In this document: one piece after another, positions 28,691 to 37,365 of the stretch
Layout of the letters: every line of letters begins with the position of its first letter
Position numbering within the stretch: position 1 is the first letter of the stretch
Notes under the pieces: model-generated
What the model saw: only the letters and a program-made list of their open reading frames with translations
Database searches by the model: none
Told to the model about the DNA's origin: nothing
Translations under genes and position numbers: made by a program
DNA from: a virus
Lineage: Duplodnaviria; Heunggongvirae; Uroviricota; Caudoviricetes
Strand: one strand, 5' to 3'
Length of the DNA stretch: 64,000 nucleotides
Virus record (IMG/VR): IMGVR_UViG_3300050821_002544

Positions 28691-30409
28691 TTAGAACTGA
28701 CCAACAATTTCGTTAAAGCTTACGCTAGTACGGACTGCTACAAAGTTCAATTGAATGAAGTTGATACTACGAGCAGGCTTGATGTAGATATCGCCAACAA
28801 ACTGATTTGCATCAATGATGTCACCAGTGTTATTAGTAGTATCGCATACAACCTTGAAATCTGTAATACCACGACGACCTTGTACAGTACGTAGGAATGG
28901 AGTTACTAGATTTACAAATTGAGCACGAGTAAATGTATCATTGAATTCGAACAAACTTGCACGTGCTGCCTTAGAGATTGCTTTTTCAAGAACAATAAAC
29001 AATCTACGTACATTGATACGATCAAATGCAGATGCAAAGTTCAAGAATGTCTTGTCGCCAAACAATAGCGTACCTTCACCTGGGAAACTTACTACTGGAT
29101 TGACACCAGCCTTGTAAAGAGTATCACGATCAGTCTGACCAGGATTGAATGCTAGTTTTACAACATTCTTAATAACACCACGTTGTAGACCGGCAGGACT
29201 CCACCATGGATCACGTAGATTATCAGTCTGAGCACATAGACCAGCAATATCGCCATTCAATGGAATCCAACGATATAGATCATTATACTTATCATACTGA
29301 TACTTCCAACCAGAATCGAATACTGCGTAAGAAGAACGAGTAATAGAACCACTATTAACATAGTTTGCAATAGAGGCAGATTGACCAGTTACATCCTGTG
29401 CATTTGCCAATGGTGGAGAACAGAATGCCACACAATCTGCGCGCACCGCAGCAACAGAACCAATAGCATAACTTTGAATGATAGAATCTGCTGCACCCGT
29501 CATCAATAGAGATATATCTACTTGTTCTGTATTAATGAACAATGACAAAGCGGTTTCTGTATTTGCATCTGTAACAATACCATCGTTTCCACCACCAAGA
29601 CTAGACACACTTGGAGAAGGATCATTAGTGAAGGTAGGAAGAGAAGCTACCGTTGCTCCCCAACCTGCAATATTTGCAGAAGGAACACCTGTGTTGTAAA
29701 CATAACGTGATTGCTGCCATAGAACTTCATGGTAATAGTTACTAGAACCAGTAGGAGTCAATGCATCTCTAATACGAGAAAGACCCTGATATGTTTCTAG
29801 AATAGTATTTGCCTGACCTGTAAACACGCCATCCTGATCGACAACAATAACATGGATTTCATCTCCAGTCACCGCACCATTAGATACAGTAGATACATAT
29901 GGAGAAGTACCAGGAGCACGATCAAATACACTTGCAAAAGTGTATAGAGGATCAGAAGTGTTGCTTGAATTTGCAGTCCATACGGCAGCATTTGCCCATA
30001 CGATAACTTGTAAAGAATTTCCTACGTTACCAGGATAACGTGCAGTAAATGGATTTCCTGCAACCTGAAAGTTATATGCATTGTTGAAGAAATCATCTTC
30101 ATTGTTAATAACCATACCGGCAGCATTTGCTGTTGCATTCTTAGTATTAGTTCCGGCAGCACGTGCAATCTGTAGATTATTAGAATAAGCTAAGAAATTT
30201 GCGCCTGTGAAGAACGATGAAGCGGTGTTATTATCTGGATCAAGGAACTTATTATTCAGATCAACTTCTGATACTACCTGGGTAATCTTTAACGCTGGAC
30301 CCCATTGAAAAGTTCCGGCAAGAGCACCAGTAGATACTGACACCGCTGGAATTCCAGTGGTTAGATCGATTTCACTTGTATTGACGCCGGGAGATACTTG
30401 AAATGCCAT
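28691..30409 (-). CDS. 18: Tail sheath protein gp18
   Basis: N-terminal ...VSVSTGALAGTFQWGPALKITQV resembles T4 gp18 ...TGTAALAGKFQWGPAFQI. 572 aa. Confidence 0.9.
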   Translation of the reverse strand: MAFQVSPGVNTSEIDLTTGIPAVSVSTGALAGTFQWGPALKITQVVSEVDLNNKFLDPDNNTASSFFTGANFLAYSNNLQIARAAGTNTKNATANAAGMVINNEDDFFNNAYNFQVAGNPFTARYPGNVGNSLQVIVWANAAVWTANSSNTSDPLYTFASVFDRAPGTSPYVSTVSNGAVTGDEIHVIVVDQDGVFTGQANTILETYQGLSRIRDALTPTGSSNYYHEVLWQQSRYVYNTGVPSANIAGWGATVASLPTFTNDPSPSVSSLGGGNDGIVTDANTETALSLFINTEQVDISLLMTGAADSIIQSYAIGSVAAVRADCVAFCSPPLANAQDVTGQSASIANYVNSGSITRSSYAVFDSGWKYQYDKYNDLYRWIPLNGDIAGLCAQTDNLRDPWWSPAGLQRGVIKNVVKLAFNPGQTDRDTLYKAGVNPVVSFPGEGTLLFGDKTFLNFASAFDRINVRRLFIVLEKAISKAARASLFEFNDTFTRAQFVNLVTPFLRTVQGRRGITDFKVVCDTTNNTGDIIDANQFVGDIYIKPARSINFIQLNFVAVRTSVSFNEIVGQF

Positions 30410-30448
30410 AGGATGTTCTCCAAAGGAACTATTAGAACGATAATAGAA

Positions 30449-30456
30449 CTATTTAG
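30449..30456 (-). promoter_or_regulatory. Late promoter-like CTAAATAG upstream of gp18
   Basis: Minus-strand cCTAAATAGttctattatcg...ATG; same motif as upstream of gp23. Confidence 0.45.
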
Positions 30457-30489
30457 GGAATATCATTTTTGCCTTAATTTATCGTAGAC

Positions 30490-30517
30490 AACAAAAAACC
30501 GCCACTTGGGCGGTTTG
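30490..30517 (-). terminator. Rho-independent terminator upstream of gp18
   Basis: Minus-strand aaaccgccCAAGTggcggTTTTTTGTTG. Confidence 0.7.
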
Positions 30518-30538
30518 CTTGTAAACTTGATTTGAAGA

Positions 30539-30841
30539 TTAATCTTTAGGTTTATCTTCTTTCTTTTTCTGCCTTTCAGCATCATATACTGTCTGAATTT
30601 TTATACCTCTTAGAAGACCTCTTTTGGCTTCCTCAAGTACGCGGATAGCATTCTCAACTTTCTTAATTCCTGCTTCATCTGCGTTAAAATACCAGCATAT
30701 CATTCTATTACAATCCGTAATATTGATATTCATATCAATATTATGGGTATCGTCTACTACCTTATACATGATAGTAGAACCGCAATCGGCAGGATCAATA
30801 AACATCCCACCTTGAGCAATTAATTTATTCTTCTTACCCAT
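30539..30841 (-). CDS. Hypothetical protein (100 aa)
   Basis: Complete ORF. Confidence 0.45.
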   Translation of the reverse strand: MGKKNKLIAQGGMFIDPADCGSTIMYKVVDDTHNIDMNINITDCNRMICWYFNADEAGIKKVENAIRVLEEAKRGLLRGIKIQTVYDAERQKKKEDKPKD

Positions 30842-31166
30842 TTATAATTCTCACTTCTTCTATTTTCACATAGATCAATGATTGGAAACGTGAGAACACA
30901 TAATAACCATCTTCTATTCTAATATATTCTTTGGCGGTGAATAGATGATCTACATATGCTATTTGCATATCCCACTTATAACTTCCTGTACCCATATTAG
31001 GACGACAGAATATAAATTTGATTCCTGCTGGAATAACATAACTCTTCTTTTGTTCTGACATAGAAGTTATATACTTTTCATACGGAAGGAAACCTAAAGT
31101 ATCCTCAATAATATGCTTTATAAAATGAGGACTCATCGCTTTAGACCAATCTGCGGATTGTGCCAT
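30834..31166 (-). CDS. Hypothetical protein (110 aa)
   Basis: Complete ORF. Confidence 0.45.
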   Translation of the reverse strand: MAQSADWSKAMSPHFIKHIIEDTLGFLPYEKYITSMSEQKKSYVIPAGIKFIFCRPNMGTGSYKWDMQIAYVDHLFTAKEYIRIEDGYYVFSRFQSLIYVKIEEVRIING

Positions 31167-31177
31167 ATCATGTTCTC

Positions 31178-31438
31178 TTATATAAAAGTAATATCAAAAT
31201 CTTGATCGTGAAATTTCTTCAGCCATCGAAACTTAGTGCCGGTAGGGTCTACTAGAGGCACTATAAGTAGCCACGGACCGGGATCGTCATTGAAGAGTAC
31301 TGAATCAGCCTCACGTTCCACTTGCCATTGTGCGCCTAGCTCACGTACCCTATTCTTACCCTTTTGAGTCTTTCCCTTTAAGGAAACGATTTGCCTATTC
31401 ATTCTCAAGATTATACTCTTATATAACTTTAATGTCAA
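31178..31438 (-). CDS. Hypothetical protein (86 aa)
   Basis: Complete ORF. Confidence 0.4.
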   Translation of the reverse strand: MTLKLYKSIILRMNRQIVSLKGKTQKGKNRVRELGAQWQVEREADSVLFNDDPGPWLLIVPLVDPTGTKFRWLKKFHDQDFDITFI

Positions 31439-31454
31439 ATCAGAAACGCAAATA

Positions 31455-31490
31455 AAAACAGCGACTTATGGAAGTCGCTGTTATTTATCA
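31455..31490 (-). terminator. Rho-independent terminator after the SPFH gene
   Basis: Minus-strand aacagcgacttCCATaagtcgctgTTTTTATTTG. Confidence 0.65.
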
Positions 31491-31510
31491 AACTTTATTA
31501 GGTTTGGAAA

Positions 31511-32473
31511 TTACTTGCTATTTGACGGCACCTGTAGGAAAGGAATAGGCGCACCAGCATAGATTGCTTGAGGCAATTTACCATCCCAACGTTTTGCTTG
31601 TTCCATCTGAACCTCGATTCTACGCAATTCTAATACATCCTTAGATTTTGTAAGGGCGTCATTTTGAACTTGCAATGCCTGTGCCTGTGCTTGTGCTTCC
31701 TTCAAGGTCGCATATGCTTGACCATCTGCCTTTGCTTTTTGTGCATTAGCTTCTGCCGTGGCAATTTCAACTTTTTGTTGTTGTGTTGCAGCGACTGTCA
31801 ATTGCTGTTTCTCAGCAGTCTGTAATAGCTGATCCTGTTGGACTTTTTCATTAATAGTCTTCTGATATGCCGGATCATATTCAAATTTAGTCATATCCAC
31901 CTGAATAACTTGAGCACCATATACAGCTAACTTAGCAGAAAGCAAGTTACGAACTTCATTAGAAACTTCCTGACGCTTATTGAGCAAATCAGGAGCAGTG
32001 AACTTTGCAGTCACAGCCTTGAATGTTTCATGTGTGGCAGAATCGACATATGAAGACAAATCACCATCATGAGAATACTTCTCATACACTTCGGCAACCT
32101 TATTTGGTTCAATACTATATCGAACAACCAAACTCGTCATTACAGGCTGTTGATCCGCAGTACCACCAACAGCATTTTCAATCTTTGCCGTTTCGGCGCG
32201 AATATTGAAACTCTGTAGATGTTCCCATGGCGGAAGCAATACCCAACCTTCTTGTTCAATACCAATGATCTTACCACCACGAGTCACAACTCCGCGTGTT
32301 CCTGTCTGTACAGTATTAACGGGATATGCCCATATTACGAAAAATAAAACTGTTAAGCCAATTGCCGCATCACGTACAATAGCATTAATATTTGGTTCAT
32401 TGCGCGAACCCAAGTCATTACCGCTTCTATCCTTAAGAATTTTCTTATTAATATATCTATCACTAAAACTCAT
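31511..32473 (-). CDS. SPFH/band-7 (prohibitin/stomatin-like) membrane protein with Gln/Ala-rich coiled-coil tail
   Basis: N-terminal TM helix (LTVLFFVIWAYPV), SPFH-like core (VVTRGGKIIGIEQEG...), C-terminal AQ-rich coiled coil. 320 aa. Confidence 0.65.
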   Translation of the reverse strand: MSFSDRYINKKILKDRSGNDLGSRNEPNINAIVRDAAIGLTVLFFVIWAYPVNTVQTGTRGVVTRGGKIIGIEQEGWVLLPPWEHLQSFNIRAETAKIENAVGGTADQQPVMTSLVVRYSIEPNKVAEVYEKYSHDGDLSSYVDSATHETFKAVTAKFTAPDLLNKRQEVSNEVRNLLSAKLAVYGAQVIQVDMTKFEYDPAYQKTINEKVQQDQLLQTAEKQQLTVAATQQQKVEIATAEANAQKAKADGQAYATLKEAQAQAQALQVQNDALTKSKDVLELRRIEVQMEQAKRWDGKLPQAIYAGAPIPFLQVPSNSK

Positions 32474-32502
32474 ATAAACCTCATATAATTAAACAACACA
32501 AA

Positions 32503-32736
32503 TCAACTCTTTACCCTATAATCCCACGACCAAAAACCCGTTTCATCCCTATAACCACCATTCCATGTCCCTTTTCTTTCTACCCACTCAAGCCATCTAC
32601 AATCACCCGATGCTATTCTTTTAGGAAGAAGCGTGAAATATTCGTGCCAATTTCGGAGTCTAGCTATTTCAATGTTATATTGAGCTATTGCTCTTCTTCT
32701 TTTTTCTTCGGGAGTTCTTCCACAGTTGAATTTCAT
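32503..32736 (-). CDS. Hypothetical protein (77 aa)
   Basis: Small ORF, Trp/Arg-rich. Confidence 0.35.
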   Translation of the reverse strand: MKFNCGRTPEEKRRRAIAQYNIEIARLRNWHEYFTLLPKRIASGDCRWLEWVERKGTWNGGYRDETGFWSWDYRVKS

Positions 32737-32758
32737 TTTATTCCTTCAATCAATTTTA

Positions 32759-32956
32759 CTACAATAGGTTTTCACCCTGTATTTTTGCTTCTTCTAGAAG
32801 CACGTAATCTCTAGAATCATGCGAGCAACCGACATCATTTACACATGCTTGTAATGCTGCAACATCCTGACTAGAACCATTGCATATTAAGTATGCAGTA
32901 TCCTTCGCAGAACAACCAGATAGGATTGCACAAACAATCATAACTTTAAAAATCAT
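32759..32956 (-). CDS. Putative small lipoprotein (65 aa)
   Basis: Signal peptide plus lipobox MIFKVMIVCAILSGCSAKD. Confidence 0.45.
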   Translation of the reverse strand: MIFKVMIVCAILSGCSAKDTAYLICNGSSQDVAALQACVNDVGCSHDSRDYVLLEEAKIQGENLL

Positions 32957-33251
32957 ACGTTACCTTATCTCTATAAGGCGACCATGGACATTGATCCCAA
33001 TTACCAATATCCTTACAATCTTGATTACCAGGAATAAGCTTAAGAGAAGGTTCATTCACTGCAACCGGAGTACCATCTGCAAGGTTTACTTCCCATGCAT
33101 TGGGTACATATCGCTTATCGTATGTTTGATACATACCAATATATTGAACAATTGTTCCTACTTTTCCAGGTGTCGTATCACCATCATACTGCCATGGCTG
33201 ACCATTATTAATGATTTCAACCATATCGCCTTTCTTAAATTTTGTAGACAT
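32946..33251 (-). CDS. Hypothetical protein (101 aa)
   Basis: Complete ORF. Confidence 0.4.
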   Translation of the reverse strand: MSTKFKKGDMVEIINNGQPWQYDGDTTPGKVGTIVQYIGMYQTYDKRYVPNAWEVNLADGTPVAVNEPSLKLIPGNQDCKDIGNWDQCPWSPYRDKVTYDF

Positions 33252-33434
33252 TTACTTCTCTTCATCCATCCAAAGAATAGTTATTTCAAACGTTCCTCTA
33301 TGAAAACCATATTCATCTTTAGGAATATTCGAATAATTTATCGAATCTGATACATCAGATTCTACATCTATAATTGATTCACCAGAATATGTTTTTGACA
33401 TTACAACCAATGGTCTTGACTTACTATCAATCAT
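33252..33434 (-). CDS. Hypothetical protein (60 aa)
   Basis: Small ORF. Confidence 0.3.
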   Translation of the reverse strand: MIDSKSRPLVVMSKTYSGESIIDVESDVSDSINYSNIPKDEYGFHRGTFEITILWMDEEK

Positions 33435-33606
33435 GGATTGTCTGTTATTGGTTGATTTGCATAATCTCTTGCGCCTAACATATAATATGTTTTAGCAAGA
33501 AGCCTTGAAGATTCTAACATTGCTGCATTCATAGGCGCAATACCGGCTCTCTCAGCATATTCGTTCATTTTCTTGACGGACTGTTCCCATCGTACTTCAA
33601 ATAGTA

Positions 33607-33801
33607 TCATGGAGATTTCATCGGCGTACAGATAAAGTTAGTTGCACCCACCTTTTGTTTGGCTTCCCAAATCTTACCGGCAGTGTTACACTCGGCTTCT
33701 GTATTGAAGACTACATGATGTATTCCTACACCATTATAGACAAGAGTAATAATAAGAATCCACGACATTATTTTACCTTTACTCGCGCACCATTGCGCCA
33801 T
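33607..33801 (-). CDS. Small membrane protein (64 aa)
   Basis: One predicted TM helix (WILIITLVYNGVGI). Confidence 0.35.
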   Translation of the reverse strand: MAQWCASKGKIMSWILIITLVYNGVGIHHVVFNTEAECNTAGKIWEAKQKVGATNFICTPMKSP

Positions 33802-33965
33802 ACGTATTGTGGTTTATCGATTGTAATATCAGGGACTTCGATAAAAAGTTGATCCTTAGTCATAATGCCGAGTGCAGCATATCCTGTCATTCGAATGATA
33901 ATATCATTATTTGCATCGTTTGCACGTTTTGCGTAATACAATGCTATTGGTGAGGCAATCTTCAT
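33768..33965 (-). CDS. Hypothetical protein (65 aa)
   Basis: Small ORF. Confidence 0.3.
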   Translation of the reverse strand: MKIASPIALYYAKRANDANNDIIIRMTGYAALGIMTKDQLFIEVPDITIDKPQYVWRNGARVKVK

Positions 33966-34184
33966 TTAATCCGCCTGTGGAATTAGGAACATAGGAAGAC
34001 CTTCGGCGCGTTCTGCACGTTCGGCAAGTTCACGAATTTTTTGCTGTTCGGCAGGCGTGAGATTTCGAATCTCGGTATCAGACAAGTACATAGGGTTTAT
34101 TCCATTTGCCAATATTGATAGAGATATACCAGCCGACATCGAAATAATCAGACTGAATATCTGAGCGATCATGATTACCAACAT
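33966..34184 (-). CDS. Hypothetical protein (start probably internal, about 34091)
   Basis: The C-terminal part (LTPAEQQKIRELAERAERAEG) looks coding. The N-terminus overlaps the next gene in another frame. Confidence 0.3.
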   Translation of the reverse strand: MLVIMIAQIFSLIISMSAGISLSILANGINPMYLSDTEIRNLTPAEQQKIRELAERAERAEGLPMFLIPQAD

Positions 34185-34488
34185 TCATTGCCGTAATTAC
34201 TTTGCTAAGAAATTCTTTGGCTTTGCCAGAATAATGCTCATGATACCAATACGGATTGATACATAGCGAATCTTTCGCATGTTCGCGCATGTGCGGCTCA
34301 CGGCACATATTGCGCTTTGCTTCGACTTCATTGAAGTTCTTAATAAAGTCTATGGGACTAGACTTAATATTCAGAACAAGAGTCGAGTGATTGTTAACAC
34401 TCAAGGAAGCTTTAACTTTGTAAGTCTTACAAATAGCTTTGATAGTGACCGCAAGTTGAGCCTTGCGCTGCTGATTCATGTATGCCAT
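34078..34488 (-). CDS. Hypothetical protein (136 aa)
   Basis: Complete ORF. Preceded by the TTGCTT-N16-TATAAT promoter with the ATG 9 nt after the -10. Confidence 0.5.
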   Translation of the reverse strand: MAYMNQQRKAQLAVTIKAICKTYKVKASLSVNNHSTLVLNIKSSPIDFIKNFNEVEAKRNMCREPHMREHAKDSLCINPYWYHEHYSGKAKEFLSKVITAMNVGNHDRSDIQSDYFDVGWYISINIGKWNKPYVLV

Positions 34489-34497
34489 ATGCTGAGT

Positions 34498-34525
34498 ATT
34501 ATACGGGAAACCAGGAATTAAGCAA
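34498..34525 (-). promoter_or_regulatory. Early promoter TTGCTT-N16-TATAAT
   Basis: Minus-strand cTTGCTTaattcctggtttcccgTATAATactcagcatATG. Confidence 0.6.
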
Positions 34526-34543
34526 GAGTTAAATTATTAAGTA

Positions 34544-34572
34544 AATCAATGACTTACGTCAAGTGCCTGATT
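34544..34572 (-). repeat. PeSL-like stem-loop element copy 3
   Basis: aatcaatgacttacgtcaagtgcctgatt. Confidence 0.6.
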
Positions 34573-34737
34573 ATTAAGGAATTGCACCAGAACCTTTTCC
34601 GGTAAATGGGATAGCACGTACATATAACCCTTATGGTATTCGTCCGTATTAGGAGCTATTAGACCGGTGTTGCGAGCATTCTCGCACATCCCACAAGGGC
34701 AGTCTTTGGACGGCGCAAATCGGCTTAGAATCGTCAC
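34546..34737 (-). CDS. Hypothetical Cys-containing protein (63 aa)
   Basis: Small ORF; its 3' end overlaps element copy 3. Confidence 0.3.
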   Translation of the reverse strand: MTILSRFAPSKDCPCGMCENARNTGLIAPNTDEYHKGYMYVLSHLPEKVLVQFLNNQALDVSH

Positions 34738-34925
34738 GTTATGTTAACTCGATATTTCTTAAGAATATTACAGACTTCCGTGATAGAAACCATATGTTGC
34801 TGTGCAGCAAGTTCTATGGCTAATGCGGCATCGCACCAATCTGTAATATGATCCTTAAACGTCTTAATAACACTCTTCTCTAGATCAGTCCTAGAGAAGA
34901 TGTTAATAACGTTACTTACTGGCAC
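34734..34925 (-). CDS. Hypothetical protein (63 aa)
   Basis: Small ORF, ATGA overlap. Confidence 0.35.
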   Translation of the reverse strand: MPVSNVINIFSRTDLEKSVIKTFKDHITDWCDAALAIELAAQQHMVSITEVCNILKKYRVNIT

Positions 34926-35130
34926 TGAACCAACTTTTTAGTATTCTATTGGTTTCAGAAGCACGCAATTGCTTGAAAGTAACATCGATGATATCAGGAA
35001 TAAATGCATATTTTGCAAAATATTCTGATACAGACTTACCACCAGAAATCTGGTCAAAATCATTTATTCTTTCATTGGATTCCATAATCCACATACCTAA
35101 TTTTTTAATTGCTATTTCGTAGTATGACAT
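34912..35130 (-). CDS. Hypothetical protein (72 aa)
   Basis: Small ORF. Confidence 0.35.
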   Translation of the reverse strand: MSYYEIAIKKLGMWIMESNERINDFDQISGGKSVSEYFAKYAFIPDIIDVTFKQLRASETNRILKSWFSASK

Positions 35131-35394
35131 TTAATATTGCTCAAAATGTGACCAATCACGTTTTGGGATAGGAACAATTTCAGGAGGTTGTTTTATTTTA
35201 TTACATTTACTGCATTTTGCATATGTATTGCCCCACCCATCATCCGCGCACAACGCAATTCCATTCCATTTGTGATTGCACACAAATATATATTTAAACC
35301 ATTTAAACACGCACACCCTTTGCTTGAAGATTTGCAATATCCGTTTCGCAGATTGCGATCTTTCGCGCAAATTCCTCTGGTGAGGTATCCTCAT
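35131..35394 (-). CDS. Hypothetical Cys-rich (zinc-finger-like) protein
   Basis: CVF...CNHKWNG...CADDGWGNTYAKCSKCNK. Overlaps 35303-35500 in another frame, so only one of the two (or a shorter form) is likely real. Confidence 0.3.
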   Translation of the reverse strand: MRIPHQRNLRERSQSAKRILQIFKQRVCVFKWFKYIFVCNHKWNGIALCADDGWGNTYAKCSKCNKIKQPPEIVPIPKRDWSHFEQY

Positions 35395-35500
35395 GCCCAG
35401 GCATAGATTTTGCCGCGTTCCATTGTTTTAGATTCCAAGTCCTGCGCACAAGAGCGCTGGCTTGACGACTGGCAATACGTTTACGTGAGTTCTTAATCAT
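35303..35500 (-). CDS. Hypothetical basic protein (65 aa)
   Basis: Small ORF; frame conflict with 35131-35394. Confidence 0.3.
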   Translation of the reverse strand: MIKNSRKRIASRQASALVRRTWNLKQWNAAKSMPGHEDTSPEEFARKIAICETDIANLQAKGVRV

Positions 35501-35964
35501 AGAAGTTCCTTTAATTCCAAATACATCGAATGATACTTTGATAGACGTTTGATTTCTTTTTCACCAACATCTTTCAATCTGCGAATATCGCTATTGTGCC
35601 GTAAGTCTGCTAATTTGACTCTTGTGGCATCTTTGTTTCCACGCAATTGCATCATATAGACTTCTTGCGAGAAATTCTCTTTAACCTTTGTCATGGCAAC
35701 AATGCCTAATACAATGCGATCCGTGAAACCTAGAGAAAGTAAGTATTCTGCGGTAACATCAGTATCTTCAATAAGATCATGACCTAGCGCAATACACTGT
35801 AACTCTTCATCATCAGTCTTTGTGTAATACATGACCTTAAGACAATGAAGAATATACGGTTGACCACCCTTATCATATACACCATCAAATTTGTTGACAG
35901 CAAGAGTGAGCATCTTGTTTAGAAGTTCACCTTTCTTATAACTATTTCTATCTTTCATCATCAT
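35497..35964 (-). CDS. HD-domain phosphohydrolase, SpoT/Mesh1-like (putative (p)ppGpp hydrolase)
   Basis: YILHCLKV...ALGHDLIEDT matches the RelA/SpoT hydrolase H...HDxxEDT signature. 155 aa. Confidence 0.6.
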   Translation of the reverse strand: MMMKDRNSYKKGELLNKMLTLAVNKFDGVYDKGGQPYILHCLKVMYYTKTDDEELQCIALGHDLIEDTDVTAEYLLSLGFTDRIVLGIVAMTKVKENFSQEVYMMQLRGNKDATRVKLADLRHNSDIRRLKDVGEKEIKRLSKYHSMYLELKELL

Positions 35965-36551
35965 CTTTCCAAATTAGCAGCAGTTTGGCGGAATCGAACC
36001 ACCATTTACTATTAGTCAACCTTAGATCAGTACTGTGTTAACACCTAGCTAATACCTATATCGTCCTCTCACAAAGGGTTATCTATAGTTCCCTAAGTTA
36101 CCCAACTAAAACCGCATAAACAAAACGGATAACATGCTCTTTACATCAGCATCCCAATCTTAGGGACCGTGGATTTCACCACGCACTTTTATCCTAAACA
36201 AAACTGACTAGACTAATTAAGTGTCTTTTAGCTAACGGTTTACTTTCGCTAGTCTAGTCAAAATCTTGCCAGTTACGTCTCTGGCGTCTTTCCTACGAAT
36301 GTAGGCAAAGACCGTAAATTTGTTGGGTGAGACAGCACCCTTAACTGACCGGTAATTTGACACTTAAGTCTGGTTGGCACTACCCGCCATTCCACCATGC
36401 ACCGGATTCAGTCATGGTTTAGGAGATTATACACAACGCGCTACGAACTCTCTTTACTGCACTCCCGCAGTGGTTCGGGTTACGCTTTCTCTAATTCATG
36501 GGAGTAGTATACGCTAGTTTGAGAATATTACAAGTTAATAAAATTTAATAG

Positions 36552-36580
36552 AATCAATCACTTAGCGTAACCGGTTGATT
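36552..36580 (+). repeat. PeSL-like element copy 4 (variant CTTAGCGTAA core)
   Basis: aatcaatcacttagcgtaaccggttgatt, upstream of the plus-strand gene. Confidence 0.5.
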
Positions 36581-36601
36581 TGTATGAATATCTAGATCAG
36601 C

Positions 36602-36608
36602 CTAAATA
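36602..36608 (+). promoter_or_regulatory. Late promoter-like CTAAATA upstream of the plus-strand gene
   Basis: cCTAAATAtagaattacacaacAGGGGacaaaatcATG; same CTAAATA core as upstream of gp18 and gp23. Confidence 0.35.
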
Positions 36609-36635
36609 TAGAATTACACAACAGGGGACAAAATC

Positions 36636-37358
36636 ATGGCAAGTAATACAAATGTTACCATTCCAGTAACCGGAGGCGTTCTTACTCTTAACGTTTCTTC
36701 TCTTATGTCTGTGCTATTCGCAGGTGCAACATTCACACCTACTGTAGTTGCTACTCCACCATCCAATACAACTCCTGTGGTTAATACCACACCAGTATCT
36801 AACACAACCAATACAACTCCAGTAGTTTCTGGTTCACCATTTTGGATTTATAATCATGGTGTATTTGCATGGGGTGGTGATTACTCATATCCAGGACCAA
36901 ATACTGTTATTAACTATGCATCTCATGATGTCAAAGCAGCAGACGGAAGCGCAAATGCTGTTATTAAGGTATTTTTGGGCGGTCAGTGGGGTGCATGGCA
37001 ACCATATGCCAATAATTGGGATCAGAACGTTTCCTCATGGAACTATCTAACATTCAAGTTGATGCCAACCGTTGCCAATCAGGTATGGGGAACATTCTGC
37101 TTGAAGGTAGGCGACGTTAATTTGACGCCAGCACCAGGAACTACGGCTAGTGGACCAGATGATATTTCTAAGTATGGTCCTGCAACTGCCGTTGTTGGTC
37201 AGTGGAATACTTACAAGATTCCTCGTACTGCATTCATGACTGATTATGCAACCGGATCACCTGTTGTTCTTACCGATATCTATAAGTTTGATATTCAGGA
37301 TAAAACTGGTGCAGCCAATAACACATTCTATGTCGATCAGGTAGCCTGGACTAACTAA
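36636..37358 (+). CDS. Putative carbohydrate-binding beta-sandwich protein with Thr/Pro-rich linker (only plus-strand gene)
   Basis: 240 aa. TPPSNTTPVVNTTPVSNTTNTTPVV linker. Aromatic-rich C-terminal domain ending NNTFYVDQVAWTN (CBM-like). GC higher than the window average. SD AGGGG. Confidence 0.5.
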   Translation: MASNTNVTIPVTGGVLTLNVSSLMSVLFAGATFTPTVVATPPSNTTPVVNTTPVSNTTNTTPVVSGSPFWIYNHGVFAWGGDYSYPGPNTVINYASHDVKAADGSANAVIKVFLGGQWGAWQPYANNWDQNVSSWNYLTFKLMPTVANQVWGTFCLKVGDVNLTPAPGTTASGPDDISKYGPATAVVGQWNTYKIPRTAFMTDYATGSPVVLTDIYKFDIQDKTGAANNTFYVDQVAWTN

Positions 37359-37365
37359 CAGAAGA

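Larger units (their letters stand above)
35965..36635. other. 670-bp ORF-free, GC-elevated divergent intergenic region with multiple strong dyads (candidate structured ncRNA)
   Basis: No ORF of 60 aa or more in any frame. 10-bp perfect stem gactagacta/tagtctagtc (36206-36260). 11-bp bulged stem gtctttcctac/gtaggcaaagac (about 36281-36320). tRNA-like T-arm GGTGGTTCGATTCCGCC on the minus strand at 35984-36000. Confidence 0.4.

Noticed and set aside
35984-36010. tRNA-like T-arm (GGTGG-TTCGATT-CCGCC plus 7-nt acceptor-like strand) on the minus strand, suggesting a tRNA gene
   Set aside because: No complementary 5' acceptor strand, D-arm or anticodon arm could be found within 70-100 nt, and there is no CCA context. 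It was not called as a tRNA and is kept only as part of the candidate structured-RNA region.
36614-36811. 65-aa minus-strand ORF overlapping the start of the plus-strand CBM-like gene
   Set aside because: Val/Thr/Gly-rich antisense shadow of the Thr/Pro linker, with no promoter or start context.
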